Under the pieces are notes generated by a model, which saw nothing but the letters and a program-made list of their open reading frames with translations, ran no database searches and was not told the origin of the DNA. Of a stretch of DNA of 64,000 nucleotides, positions 11,321 to 24,906 are shown piece after piece. Source of the stretch: Rhizodiscina lignyota (lineage: Eukaryota); assembly GCA_010015805.1 (NCBI GenBank), contig ML978133.1, forward strand, positions 186,001-250,000, written 5' to 3'. The stretch's first letter is position 1. Each line of letters opens with the position of its first letter. Made by a program: the position numbers and the translations under genes.

Positions 11321-14259
11321 TATGAGAGTTATATGTGTCATAGCTTAACGAATGGAGTCAATGAAGAACCCAACGACGGCAAAGCTCTGGAGCAGCTATG
11401 ATGAGCGGGGTTGAGCAATTGGAGGACATAGTCTCAAATTTATGCTGCCCAAGGCCTTCGCACTGTCTTGCAAAGGCACAGCAAAGTCTCTACACATTCG
11501 TTGACCAATGCCCAACATCGCGGAAAAGGTCGTCTTCCCGTTGACATGTTGTCGAGAACGTGGCTGTCCCTAAACCCAGATCAATATCGTGTATCGCTTA
11601 ATTGTCCTCGACCGGTCTCGTGGTATCTGGCCACGTTTGGCAATCGTGTATTTTGTGGGTCGGAATTCTTGGGAAGGCTTCTTCGAGTGTCTGCTCAAGG
11701 CGTTCCGCTGAGAAGAAGCGGAAGCGGAATCTTGGCACACGCAACTGATGCTGGAAATCCAGGAGTACAAATGTAGTAAATACGATTAGACGAATAGGTA
11801 TGGAGTAATGACATCTGCAACAGGTGAGCTAGAGTTTGCTCAATGTCGGAGGCCTTGGCGCTCCTCCAGCAGCGCGGCGGAGAGGGAGCTCCACGAGTGC
11901 TTGATTTTGCTTGGGGGAGCTTCTCTAGAGCCAGTAGATGGACGGAGATCCTCGATCTGGGCTAATCGAACAAATTAGCTAAACGAGATAAACGAGACTT
12001 GGCAGGCTATGGCTTAAGAGGGGTATGGTTATCGAGCGGCTAATGCATGAAAGATGCATTTATGTTGCAATTGAATCTTTTTAGAGAAAGTATAGCACTG
12101 TAGATTTCCAGGTCCGTTCGTATTCCTGGACGCCGAGGACGGTAGTCATCACACTGAAGGGCTCCAGCTTTTGGTTAGCGTAGCTGAGATCAAGGTGGAG
12201 GGTAAGGACTCTGGAACCGGACCTCCTGACTATTACAACGCTCAGGGCCATTTAACTAGGGTTCTCGGAGAATTTTTAGCTCCTCAGCCAAGATGTGCGC
12301 TCCTTTTTTGGCTGTACCGGCAGCTTGTACTAGATCTTCGCCGGGAGAGATGGGGGAATCCGACTCGTATTCGACAGATTCACCAAGACGAATAAAGGGA
12401 CAAATAAGTGTATCAAATGCAATGGCGATGAATGAAATAGAAAGATTCGAGACATAAGCACAACTTAAAATATCTTTTTATTGAACGCGGAGAGCATAGA
12501 TCCAGTGTGCCTCCCGCAGGGCGAGCGACCAGGAGCAAGAGAGTAGAATTTAGCCTCTTCATGCAAAGGCAGAAGTGTTGACCAGACAAGCAGGTGAATC
12601 AGCCCGCTAATTCTCTGTTTTTGGCTCCAGGAAGCAATTGGAAAGGCAGGATTGAAGTATGACGGGATGAAGTCCCAGGTCCAGTTCCTAAAATGGATGC
12701 GGGGACTAGCCGAAAAGAGGTGTGGAAAATCCTTCTGAGGAACGGTCGCCAAGATTCCAAGGCTGTGGAACCGTCCAGATTTGCCATGTGGCCCAGGTGG
12801 GAGAAGTTCCGCTCCCTCTGGTACACTTCGCTTCTCATGCTTTGCCATTTGCACATTTGACCCGCTACCAAATTGTGGCTGCATCTTAGATGCTAGAACT
12901 TCATGGTGAGGCTCGTCGCAATCGCGAGCTGAGTGCAAAGCGTGAGTTGGCGAAGGATCGCAGCTCGGTTGAATACGACCTTTTCCTCTCGGCGTGCAGC
13001 GAGAAAGCGAGGCGTAAGACTTCTGGATGCTGTTTCAATGCGCTTCTGGCATCTCGAACTTTGGATATGGTCCACCCGCGTGCATGTAGATGTGTTGCAA
13101 GTGGCCAGCAAATGCTTGGTCCTCTATCCAGTCCGGCAGAACGGAAGAGGATTGCACAGAAATAGATATATCCTTCAAACGTGAAGTGGCCATCCAATGC
13201 AAAGTCTAGACTTGACAGATTGCTGTCAAGAGGCATTGGTGCTGAAAGGCGACCTCACTCCCAGGGCGAGCGTGCTGATCGATTCCAGCGAGTTTGACGT
13301 GGATCGGACTCCGCTCATACCAGTAATTTTAAAGTTATGTCAAACTTCTGAGCATCAGTTGTAAATAGTGAGATACATAAGCTCAGTGTGGATGGCATGC
13401 AACTATCTCAACTTTCGACTTACAGTAGTTGCTCCAGTTTCAAATGGAGAGGAGGTGCCGAGGGTGTCGCATTGCGACGTCCAAAGGCCGCCTTGCGCTC
13501 AAGTACGAGATCGTAGCCTCCCAAGGTGCTCTTTGATGGCCCTGCGAATTCGGTCGGCGTATTACTAGGCTTCATAATTTCGTCGATTGAGCAGATTGAA
13601 AGCAGGCTCATGGGGAATTGCCGCTATCGCTTGTTAGCCGAATTTCTGTCGAGTACCAGCACGAAGTCGCGAACTCAGGAGAGGCCACGAGGCAACGGGA
13701 ACGGGAACTCGGCCACGCGGATGCATGAACATGACAGCGATGACCTAAGCAGAAATGCTCTGTCGCGTGCACAAATCCCGAATCCATCTGCGAGGATATC
13801 TTGGGGAAAGTCTGAGCTTCGGCTCTCTCACCTCCTCATCAACCGCCGTAACTTTGGCCGGATGCAGAAGTTATCATCTTCCTAATCGACTTTACCGTAA
13901 CATGGCGCGCTTGCTAAGCGCTAAGCGCTATCAAAGGGGATTCCATAGCTACGGGCGAACAACGGACTAATTCTTGTTTGGGTGCGTTACAAAGATGACT
14001 GCAGGCGAGGGAGGCTGAGCCTCCTTTCTCCGAGCGCCGCAGATCGACGTACGGCGTTAACGTCTATCCAATTCAATCCATGATGGCATCATTTCCCTTA
14101 AGCTTTCATTAGCTAAACATCTTTCGTACTCATTCTCTTTCACTCTCTTCTACTATATGCTCCAATTGAGACAGTCAGCCGTGCGATCTCGAGCCAGCCG
14201 CGAGGCTCCCCTTTGACCAACTCCACAATTGCGTGGTGGTCACGATCTCCGGAGCAGCC

Positions 14260-16708
14260 ATGTTGCGAAGCTTCTTAGGCTCGAGCCGAAAGGCTAATAA
14301 CTCCACGCAATCGTTGAATGCGATCGAGGAGACTCAATCTCGTAAGAAAAGACCTCGAATGTGCCATTCAATAGCGTGCACTGATCCTCATAATCCCAGT
14401 CGAGGACGCCATGATAGGTACCGACCTTTATTATCTGGTCTCGTGACCACATATAACTGACACGCGAGTATCAAAGGAGTCTTGAATATCATGAATGACG
14501 ACATTGTGAGTGCGGAGGAGAGCCTTTCCAAAGGCAATTCTCCGTTTCACTATGTAAGTGGGCCTAAAATGACAGATATCGGCGTGATCCTTGCCAAGAG
14601 CTGATACCAGGCTGCGAATACATAGCTCGGGCGAGGTCTCTCAATATTCTTAAGAGCTGTCCTGGGCTTCGAACAAGATGTTATGCATGAGGGTAAACTT
14701 CTTTCTTCCGTCGTACAACTTTTCACGCAGCTAACAGAAAGTACGTAGCCGCCAAAACTCTTGGTGAGGCCGAAAGTCTTGCATCAGAGGCACAAACCCG
14801 CGCGCACCGCCATCCAGACACCTCACAAGCTGAGATCTACCCCGCTGGGTCAGAGTACGCTCTGTGCATTGCGGAATCCCAGCTCATGCAAGCCGTCCTT
14901 GGAGTTCTGAATGAGAGTTTGACTGAGAGCATCCGTGGATTCTACAAGCTTCGCAAGGCTTACATCACGCTCAATAGTATTGCAGATGCAGAGACGAGGT
15001 ATCTTGCCCGTCAAAGTACTAGCAGCGTGAGCACTGCCAGCACGCCCGCTTCCCAGTCATCGACGAAGCTGTCCACGTTGGAGCAGCCGACAGCATCCGC
15101 GAGTTCTGAAGTGTTAGTGACAGCTACAGAAAATTTTACCATTAAGGAGGAATCGTCAATTGACTTCATCGACGCTGAAGAGGCATTGGGCCGTAGCGAG
15201 ACCATCAAAGCGCACTATGAAGGTCACTTATCGATTGAGGGCACTGTGACTAGCACAGCTGCACAGAATATTCCAAAAGAAAATGGCCACCTTGAACCGC
15301 CAGCACCCCCATCGGCGACTGCGTCTACTACTAGCCTGGTGGAAGAACCAATCGCCCAGCTCTTTTCATCGAATCCCGTTGATGAATTCATTCATGCCGG
15401 CTCAAACTTGTGTTTTGGCGTTCTTCTACTAATGATATCCATCATCCCTCCCACATTCGCCATGCTTCTGAAGATTGTGGGCTTCAGGGGAGACAGGGAA
15501 CGCGGGCTGACACTGCTGTGGCGAGCTACGGAGGCGAAGAAAGACATTAATGGCGCATTCGCCGGCCTCGTCCTGCTTGGATACTACAATAGCGTTATCG
15601 GCTTCTGCGACATCTTCCGCGAGGATGCATATCCCCGAGAGCGATGCAAGGCACTGCTGATGGATATGCGAACGCGGTTTCCCAAGAGCCGACTTTGGCT
15701 CCTGGAAGAAGTTCGGATGCTTGCCGGAGAGAAACAGCTAGAGAAAGCTGTGGCCTTGATGACTGAAGAGGGCAAGAGCCCTCTCCGACAAGTCCAAGCG
15801 CTGCAATATTTCGAAAAGAGTTTGGACTGCATGTATATGCACGACTACAAAGGCTGCTCCGACTCTTTCCAGCATTGCGTTACTTTGAATAACTGGTCTC
15901 ATGGTCTGTATTACTACATTGCAGGCGCTGCCACCGTGGAGATGTACAGACAAACCAAAGCCAAGGGCGATACTGAGGCAGCAGCGAAACACGCTTCCGA
16001 AGCGACGAGATTGATGAAGTTGGTTCCACAGCATGCAGGCAAGAAACGTTTCATGGCACGCCAGCTTCCGTTTGACATCTTTGTGTGCCGGAAGATCACA
16101 AAGTGGGAAGAGCGCGCCAAGGCTTGGGACGTGGACTTTGTCGACGCGATTGGTGTGAGCCCGATGGAGGAGATGATCTTCTTCTGGAATGGATACAAGA
16201 GGCAGCGAGTTGATCATTTGGAGAAGTCTCTAGAATGCCTCGCGTGGTCAGAGTCCGAGCATAACCCGCACTGGGAGAAAGAAGGGATTGATGAGCGCGC
16301 AATGCTCTCCATGCTGAGAGCAGTATGTCTGAGGCACCTCAAGCGGGGTGACGAAGCCAAGGAGATCCTGACGAGTGTCATCGCGCATGACTGGGCGCAA
16401 TTCAAAGGCGGCCACAAGGACAACTGGCCGTGTCCCATAGCGCATTACGAAATGGCTGTTAACCTGTGGGAAGAGCGTGACGGGACGTCGGATGACAAAG
16501 AGCGATTGCAAGAGTGCTCGAAGTGGCTGGAGAAGGTGGCCAATTGGGAGAGCTATGATCTTGACACTAGGTGAGTCTGCTTAATAGGCTGTCATCATTG
16601 CTGTATCGTGCGATTGTAGTGCTGATGTGGCGCAGATTCGGTATGAGGATTACGACTGCTCGAGAGACATTGAAGAAACACGACATTGGAGGAGCTTCGG
16701 CAGCATAA
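14260..16708 (+). CDS. IML2: IML2/TTC39-family TPR protein (inclusion-body clearance protein)
   Basis: Several short 5' exons (MLRSFLGSSRK.., IMNDDIVSAEESLSKGNSPFH, LRAVLGFEQDVM). Large exon with YPAGSEYALCIAESQLMQAVLGVLNESLTESIRGFYKLRKAY, GFRGDRERG, NNWSHGLYYY and AGKKRFMARQLPFDIF. Final exon after intron 16572-16635. Confidence 0.88.
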
Positions 16709-17552
16709 ATATGGTCAGACTTGACCTGGGATTTGGGATCTTTTGAATTTGGATATATCTAACCACTCATATATATACTTGCACTTTCCTGATGAGGGGA
16801 AACGGCACTTGCTGAGCTGTGGCCGCACAGACATCGCAATGAAATCTCCGAATCGTTCAGCCCAGTTGCTGGAGGCGTTGATGGGCTTGAGCGTTGCGCC
16901 CGTGCGGAATCGGGAACTCCGAGAAATTGGGTTCATTCATTTGGGCGGTAGAATCTTTGGGCTTCAAATAGAAAATAGGGAGAAAATGTGTTGCATGGAT
17001 CACAGTCATCTCACGGGGCTCCATGGGGAAAGGGGTGCGCTCTACGTGATGTTAAAGGAGCTGTCAGCGGCAATAAATTGTGGTGTAGCTCGAGCTAACG
17101 GCACAAGGGCAAGGTCAGAGAAAGCGGCACAGGCTCATGCACGGTGTGATGGGATGCACCTGGCACCGCTGGTTGGACGCGGTGGAGCGTTCGGGGAGGG
17201 CTCACGACCAACTGCCCTTTACCTTTTGCTACACCCCCCCCCCTTGGACCTCGAGGGCTCCTGCCATTCACAGACTCATCAAACAAAACCACATCACACC
17301 GTGCCCGAACCTCTCCTTTCGTTTCTTTTACTCTGCACTCCCTCACACTACTTCCCCGCGACCCATTTCTTACGCCTCACGCCCACCGCGCACTGCCCAC
17401 CACGCCTTCGTATCGGACCCGGCTTCAGAGCTCGATCTTTCGGCGCGTTCTTTTTTTTGACCCACCGGAACCGCACCCCTGATCGCGTCGAGGTACCCGC
17501 ATGTCATGCATATATAGTATAACGGCACGACGCTGCAAACCTAGGGGCACGA

Positions 17553-20177
17553 ATGGCTACGCAGGATTTTCTTCTTCATCAGCAAAACCGCTTCCACCCA
17601 CAAATACAGCTTCAGCGCCCTCTCTCCCCCGCGCTGTCGAACCCAGACCTCATCCTTCCCGATCGTGACCCATCGACCGAGATACCGCGCTACGCAGAGC
17701 GTCCCCCGTCGCCATCGCAAATCATCCGCAAAGTCCACTCTCAGGGACGAATTGGCGGGACTAGTCGCGCAATTGGCGGCAGTCTAACGAAAGCGCACAC
17801 AGGAACTTCTCCGTATCGCCTCAATTGGCAGGACCCGCATCTGGTGCAGATACAGTCGCACCCGCGCGCGCTCCTGGTCAAGACACCCCCGCTGAGCAGG
17901 AAGTCGAGCAACCTGGAGGACATTGATGAGCTCGATGCCACACCCACGCGAGCAGATTATTCGAGCGCAAATGAGGCGCTGGCGTCGTCGCCGGCGTTGA
18001 AGGAGAACAATACCTTCTCGACGCTCACACCAGGATTGGGGCTGCCCAAAACTGATAGGAGGTGGAGCACGACGTCAAGCTCAGTGCATAGCGATGACTT
18101 TGAGAGCTTGGAGAGCCTGAAGTGGCCTGGATTCGATGGAGTTGCGGGAGAAGATGTGGATGAAGCGGATATCATTCTAGACGATGAGGAAGAGGAGAGA
18201 TTTGGCAGTTTCCCCGCTTCGAGGCATGAGAATGAAGGAGATGAGGACCAGGAGAACTGGGATCCCAAGAAGGAGGAGGATGAGGATGATCCGTATTCTC
18301 CAGATGCGTTAAGCAGAAGGGCGGATGTCATCCTTGCAAACGCGAAGAGGAGACTAAATGTGCGTCAATGCATTGTAAAATGTCTTTATAACAAGAGCCG
18401 ATTGAGACTGACCGTTTTGCAGCTTTTCGAAGGCAACCTACGAGGTGCCCGTCATTCGTTACCTATTTCACAGTCCATGTCCATGACGTCCCTGCGAACT
18501 CCCCCCGACCTCCCGCCATTACCTACACCTCCACGAGACCGTAGCAAATACAGTGGCCTGTCAGGCCCACTGAAAGGAACGCAAACTGGGGAAGGAGGTG
18601 GACACAGCCGTGGTCACAGCGACACTTCTGCATCATCATTCATACAACAACTCATGGCAGCTCGAGCAGCGAAAGGAGAGCCACAACGGTCTGTTAGCGC
18701 TTTGGCGACACACACTGCAGCGAATCAACTTCGGAACACGCGCAGTCAAGAGATAATGAAGGAAAACCGGATTCGAAGTTGGGTTTATGGAAATGCGCAG
18801 CCCTCCCTTGCGTCTCCTGCGCATTCCGAACCCTCGAAGCACCGCGACGGAATTCGACGCTCTCCATCCACTACCAATGATCTTCGCTCGCAGATGAATG
18901 AGTTGAAAGGCAAGATATCAAGTCTACAACAGCGTGCACGTGAAGAGAATCAGAGAAGGCGGAGCCTTGCAAGCACTAGGACGCACAGTCCGTTTAGTGA
19001 CACTGAGCCGCTTTACCAAGTCAATGGCTATGGCAATGGCTCAAACAGCAATCTTGCACGCTCCACCGACGCAAATACTCAGGAATACGCGGCGCATAGC
19101 GTCCACGACGTTGATCACAATGTCACAGACATGCTTAACGATGATGAGGAGAGCCAGTATGAGAGCGCCGAAGAACCGTTTGATGATGCCATCGAGCACG
19201 AGTCTCCAGACCCCCAAGCCATGATGGGTACCGCTTTCCCAGACTTCTCGGAGGACAGTCCATATGCGAGCACAGACGATGGAGAGTCGGTATACGAGAG
19301 TATCATTTTCGACGACGAAACACCAGTACAGCCAGCCGAACGACATGAAGATCGGCCGGATGCGTTCGACTATGAGAATTTCTATCTTCACAGCGCTATG
19401 GGCAGCTACAGCAGGGGTGATAGAAGCAGCAGCGTTAGCTCGAATGAGTCGGTCGAGACGACGAAGCCAGCCTCTCCGCTGAGGAAAGTGATGACTATGT
19501 CTCCAGAGGCCCAAGAAGAGCAAGGGTATGATGAAGAGTACGAAGATGGAGAGGTCAAGTCACCCGGTCGATTCCACAAGCGTAGTCAAAGCACGGACTC
19601 AATCTCCACGATGGCAACGTTCATGACTGCGACTGAGGGCTTCGGAGATGATGAAGATGATGATTTTAATCCGCTCGATAAAGCTCTCCCACCACTCCCT
19701 CGACCCAATCCGTCACAGCTATCACTCCCATTAGCAGTCACAAATTCTCTCCGTGACTCGGCTGTTTCCTTGTCCCCTTCAACAGAAAAACCACCTTCTT
19801 CCTCGGGTGCTGATACTGTGCGCCGGATTGCTCCAAGCCTCAGTCCACTTCCCCTTGGTTCACCATCTCCCTCAACTGCTCTCTCTGCGTCCGACAGTGG
19901 GAGCAACGGTACGCACGAGTCCGTCTTAATGCTCTCGCCGACTCGTTTGAGCTTCGCCGGCAGTCCGATACGGTTGCAGGAAGAGGACCAACAACTTGTG
20001 CTCGCGCTCGCAAAGAGTCTGGAGAAGGTGTGTTTGGCGCTCAGAGACACGGAGACGGGGCAGTATGAGGGGAAGATCTTCAGGAGGAGGCTAGACGAGG
20101 CGAGGAGGGCGCTTGATGGCGTTGAGGAGGTCGTCGTTAATGGACAGAGCAGTAAAGAGGCAGGAAGCTCTTCTTAA
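17553..20177 (+). CDS. Hypothetical low-complexity protein with coiled-coil segments
   Basis: 874-codon ORF with acidic and Ser-rich tracts and islands LSRRADVILANAKRRL, DLRSQMNELKGKISSL, HEDRPDAFDYENFYLHSAMG and RRRLDEARRAL. Probable in-frame 63-nt intron at 18360-18422 (GTGCGT..TTGCAG). Confidence 0.75.
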   Translation: MATQDFLLHQQNRFHPQIQLQRPLSPALSNPDLILPDRDPSTEIPRYAERPPSPSQIIRKVHSQGRIGGTSRAIGGSLTKAHTGTSPYRLNWQDPHLVQIQSHPRALLVKTPPLSRKSSNLEDIDELDATPTRADYSSANEALASSPALKENNTFSTLTPGLGLPKTDRRWSTTSSSVHSDDFESLESLKWPGFDGVAGEDVDEADIILDDEEEERFGSFPASRHENEGDEDQENWDPKKEEDEDDPYSPDALSRRADVILANAKRRLNVRQCIVKCLYNKSRLRLTVLQLFEGNLRGARHSLPISQSMSMTSLRTPPDLPPLPTPPRDRSKYSGLSGPLKGTQTGEGGGHSRGHSDTSASSFIQQLMAARAAKGEPQRSVSALATHTAANQLRNTRSQEIMKENRIRSWVYGNAQPSLASPAHSEPSKHRDGIRRSPSTTNDLRSQMNELKGKISSLQQRAREENQRRRSLASTRTHSPFSDTEPLYQVNGYGNGSNSNLARSTDANTQEYAAHSVHDVDHNVTDMLNDDEESQYESAEEPFDDAIEHESPDPQAMMGTAFPDFSEDSPYASTDDGESVYESIIFDDETPVQPAERHEDRPDAFDYENFYLHSAMGSYSRGDRSSSVSSNESVETTKPASPLRKVMTMSPEAQEEQGYDEEYEDGEVKSPGRFHKRSQSTDSISTMATFMTATEGFGDDEDDDFNPLDKALPPLPRPNPSQLSLPLAVTNSLRDSAVSLSPSTEKPPSSSGADTVRRIAPSLSPLPLGSPSPSTALSASDSGSNGTHESVLMLSPTRLSFAGSPIRLQEEDQQLVLALAKSLEKVCLALRDTETGQYEGKIFRRRLDEARRALDGVEEVVVNGQSSKEAGSSS

Positions 20178-22233
20178 TGATGGCATACATTCCTTTGCAT
20201 GATAACACAGCAGTCTCCTTTGTCAATTGATGATTCACAGCGTGGCGCTGGTTGGTATGACTCAAGTCCTAATGCTAAAGAGGTTCATCTAGATCTCCTC
20301 GCGAGCAATCGAACCGTGTTTATGTGGGACGCAAAGGGGTTTTTAGACGAGGTTGTATCTATATGCCATTAATCAGCACATCTTGCATTTACAATTGGCG
20401 TTCTTCGTTGACGTGGAAAGAGCACTCGTGGCACCGAAGTCGGAACACCATACGTGGCTCGCACCTTCCCGAACTGTCTCTTGGGTCTACCTGCGTACGG
20501 ATGCCTTATCAACTTTAATTCAACTTCAATCATACATTTTCGGCTCTGCAATTGCAACGTAGGCCAAGAATGATCTGACTTCACCGCAAGGACAGGTGCA
20601 TTTGTTGAACTCGATGGTAACACCTCATACTGACCACTTTGGGAAGTCCATCCATCATTTCGTCAGATATATGCAGCGGACCCCAACTGCCTGCATTAAC
20701 CTCCGCAAATGAGCCCAATCCAATGCTTGACAAATCGGGCAGAGATCTCATTCTCAGCCCACTGGCTGTAGAGAGAAAAACTCTTCACGCTTTGTATGCA
20801 CGGCCAGCTCTCACGGTCCCAGCAGTCCCTCGTACCTTGCCCGCTTTCTACTTTTCCAGAACGTGTCAATTCGTCAGACGCCTCGAGGCGGTGGAATGCG
20901 CCTCGAAACGGCCCGCAATTGACGTGGCCTCATTCGCTCCAGCATTCTGCAGCGCGCACTGGAGTTCGCGCCGCAGCTGCACACGCGATTTGTCTCCTGC
21001 CCTGCGGCGAACATGCGGTGAGGGCCACGCGTGCTCCTATTCGTCGCGCCCTGTGCATTAACCACCAGACTATTTTTTCCTTATGTGTCTCTGCCTCAAC
21101 TGCCTTCCTCACGTAACGTTTTCCACGTACAAGGAAAGCCGATGGAGGATCTTGCAAGGCCCGAGCCGGAGGCGTGACGCGATTCGCAACCCTGCGCGCG
21201 CATGAATCCGGGACGCCTTTTCGCAGTCTAGCTCGCTTCTCTCTTTCCATCCCCTCCTCCGTGGGTGTGCAGCACATGCCCTTCTTCGGCAAGTCAAGTG
21301 ATATGCAGTCGCGGCCCCAGCGGAGCGTAGAGGCGGGTATGTAGCCAGCATGTACATGTACCGCCGGCAGCGAAAAAAAAGGCCAGGCTGTTTAACTACC
21401 TGCGCGTCTCCGCCCTGTTTACCTTTCCCTTTTCTCTTTCTCCTCCCTCCGACCCTCGAATTTCATCAGGAGTGTATCGATACCGTCAGCCCAAATTTCG
21501 GACGGGGGGCAAAATATTTCTTGTGTGCGGTCCAGGGTTCGTGCCAGTCGACGCACCCATCTTGATTGGCTTTTCGCGATTGGCGCTCGCCGTGCCCGCC
21601 TCGCTGCAGGGGACACCGTGAGGGAGCGAGTGAGGACAGCGGGCGAGGAGAAGAGTGCTGCGCATCACACCGCGCTGCTTCTGCTCTGACGAAGGGGGAG
21701 CTTTTGCAGGCAGACTCCTGGCAGCGATTTGCACCACTTCAGACGCTCCGAGCCCACCCTCATCCACCTCCCACACCAATCCAGACGAGCACCTTGTGAC
21801 ACCTCCTTGGCTATCCCTGCCCGTCGTGTCTCTGCTCACGTTGCCTTATTGCTGAGTTCCTTTCAACGTCGCCCGGGGGGCGTTTCTCCTATTCTCTCTG
21901 CGCCTTTTAGCAGGGCGCTGTAAAACGACCAAAGTAATCTCTCTCGCTCTGTAAACAGTTCGGGAGAGCCGTCTCATCTCAATTTACGAAGGTCGACAGC
22001 TTGCGCCGTCTGTGCTTTCCGCGCCGCAAAGCCACCCACAACCGATTTTCGCCATAAGACGGCCCCCGTCTCGTCTCGTCTGGATTGTCGCATCCTCACA
22101 ACAGACGAAACAATTCCTCCTCCACCACGCTCACTGATTTCCGAACCCCGATTGCGAATTCCCGCCCAACGACATTGCCAAATGCGCCCGTCCACCACCA
22201 CCGGACGACACAGTGCTGCGAATACATACTACA

Positions 22234-24871
22234 ATGGCTGCAGTCGCCAGTTTCCGTGGAGAAAACCAGCACGGAGGCGGGTGGGACAGGCGAGGGATCC
22301 AGAGATCGAAGACTGGGTGGGATGAGAGCTTATCACCGAGTGGAAGCAAGGCAGCGGAAGCTCTGGCTGATGTTTTGGGAAGCTTGGCAGGTGGTTGGCA
22401 GGCGCTTGCGCTGGAAAATGTGAGCTCGATTTTACGAGTGAGATTGGTGAGATTGAGACGTAACGTGCTAATTATACGTGTAGCAATTGAAATTTGAAGG
22501 GAATGGAAAGTCTGGACTGAAAGCTCTCGATTTATGGATATCCAACGCTCTCCCAGCCACCTCCGCTCCTCCAGCGTACGAAGACGCGATATCCGACACA
22601 CCACCCGATTATACCGCTACGGAGGCAGTTGCTGTCGCACAGTTGCCTCCATATACTCCTTTTGACTGTAAACTCGTGCTTTCAGAGCCGCAGGAGAAAT
22701 CCCGCGACAGCACGAGTGACATCATACCTACTTCTAACCCACCACAGATCGACTTCTCGCAAGACGACTTCCGCACGCACGGCAAGAAACAGAAAGCCAA
22801 GCAGGCAAAAGCCTCTGACTTTTGGGGGGAAAGTGAAGAGAAGAAAGATGAAAATGGTGGTGGCGAAGGCGGCGAGCAGAACGGCGACGGTGCCGGGAAC
22901 GGTGCCGGTGGTGGTGCTGGTGGCGGCGATGGTGGAGATGGCGATAAGGGTCAGGGTGAAGATGACGATTGGGCGGAGTGGGGCACAAGCAAGAGCAAGA
23001 AAAAGAGTAAGAAGAAGCAGCAGGAGGAAGAAGAGGAGGAGGCTGCCGCTGCCACGAAGGCCGCAGAGGAAGAGAAGCTGGATGCTGAACAAGACGATGG
23101 ATGGGGAGGATGGTCGACAGGGAAGGCCAAGAAGGGAAAGAAGGGCAAGGTGGAACCCGCCATTCCTCCTGTCAAAGAGGAACCTGCAGCCGAAACGACA
23201 TTTGCAGATATCGACCTCAATGATGACGCACCGAAGCTAGAGTTCGACTTTGGCTCTACGGACAAGAAGTCAAGCACTCTGGATTTCGGATCGAGTTGGG
23301 GTGGTTGGGGTGCCACAGCCAGCAAATGGAGCTTCGGCGGCTTGGGCGAGTCGAAGAAAGAGGAAGACAACAAGGCCAGCGACGTCTGGGGTTCTATTGG
23401 CGGCAAGAAAGAAAAAGACAAGAAAAAGAGCACGGCCTCAGATTCGCTTGGGTTTGATTTTGGCTTCAATAACGGTGCAGACCCTGGTATGGAAACGGGT
23501 ACTGGCGACCTTGGCGAGACGAAATTCGAGGACGACGACGCTTGGGGCGGCTTTACGATGGCGTCTGTCAAGAAGTCCAAGAAGAAAGGTCTCGTTGAGG
23601 ATATTTCCAAACCTCCTATTGCAGCAGTGCCTGAAGAAGAACCGGAACCAGCGGCGGACCCGTGGGGAGGATGGGGCCCTAAGAAGGACAAGAAAAAGAC
23701 CACGAGTGCTCTGTCGAACGCTTTGGCAGAAGTGAAGGAGGCAGAGCAACCAAAGACGGAAGAAGTCGACGACTTCGGGTGGGGCGGCTTTGGCAAGAAA
23801 AGTAAAAAGGGAAAGAAAGAGGAAGAACTTGCGCCTCCTCCTCCTCCGCCACCTCCACCCGCGCCGTTTGAAGAGAAGGATCCCAACGAAATCGATTGGG
23901 ATACCTGGCAGTTCATGAGCAACAAAGACCGCAAGAAGGCACTCAAAGAGGGCAAGAAGGAACCGACACAGCCTCCGAACCCAGAACCGATGATGGAGCC
24001 TGAACTAGCGCCAGAACCGGTCGTCGAGAAAGACCCGAATGAGATTGACTGGGACGTCTGGCAGAGAATGAATAGCAAAGACCGCAAGAAGGCTCTCAAG
24101 CAAGGCAAGAAGGAGCCAACGAAACCTCCAACTCCAGAGCCGGAGCCAGAATTCTTTGAGCCGGAGCTAGAGCCAGAGCCAGAGCCAGAGCCGGAACCGG
24201 TCCCGGAACCAGTCGTTGAGAAAGACCCAAACGAAATTGACTGGGATGTCTGGCAAGCCATGAGCAGCAAAGACCGTAAGAAAGCTCTAAAGCAAGGCAA
24301 GAAGGAGCCCATGAAGCCTCCAACCCCAGAACCAGAGCCGGAACCAGAGCCGGAATTCTTTGAGCCAGAACCTGCGCCAGAACCTGCGCCAGAACCTGCG
24401 CCAGAACCAGTCGTCGAAAGGGACCCAAATGAGATTGACTGGGACATCTGGCAGGGCATGAACAGCAAAGACCGTAAGAGGGCTTTGAAGCAAGGCAAGA
24501 AGGAGCCCACAAAGCCTCCAACTCCAGAGCCTGAACCTGAACCTGAACCTGAGCTGGAATTCTTTGAGCCTGAGCAAGAATTCTTCGAAGCCATTGAGGA
24601 AAAAGATCCTAATGAGATCGACTGGGACACCTGGCAGGGTATGACCGGGAAGGATCGTAGAAAGGCCCTCAGGGAGGGCAGAAAGGAACCAACCAAGCCG
24701 CCTACCCCTGCGCCGGAACCCGAACCAGAGCCTGCAATAGTTGAGATCATTGAGGAAAAAGATCCGAACGAGATTGATTGGGACATATGGCAGGGTATGA
24801 ATACGAAGGACCGCAAAAGGGCTCTTAAGCAAGGCAAGAAGGAGCCCACAAAACCTCTAACTCCCGAACCT

Positions 24872-24906
<35 letters not shown>

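Noticed and set aside
12465..13236. Overlapping minus-strand ORFs in the oxidase-IML2 intergenic region
   Set aside because: No recognisable motif or convincing splice model; could be a decayed gene but I cannot support it.
16743..17522. 259-aa plus-strand ORF
   Set aside because: Non-ATG start and promoter/5'UTR-like composition of the downstream gene.
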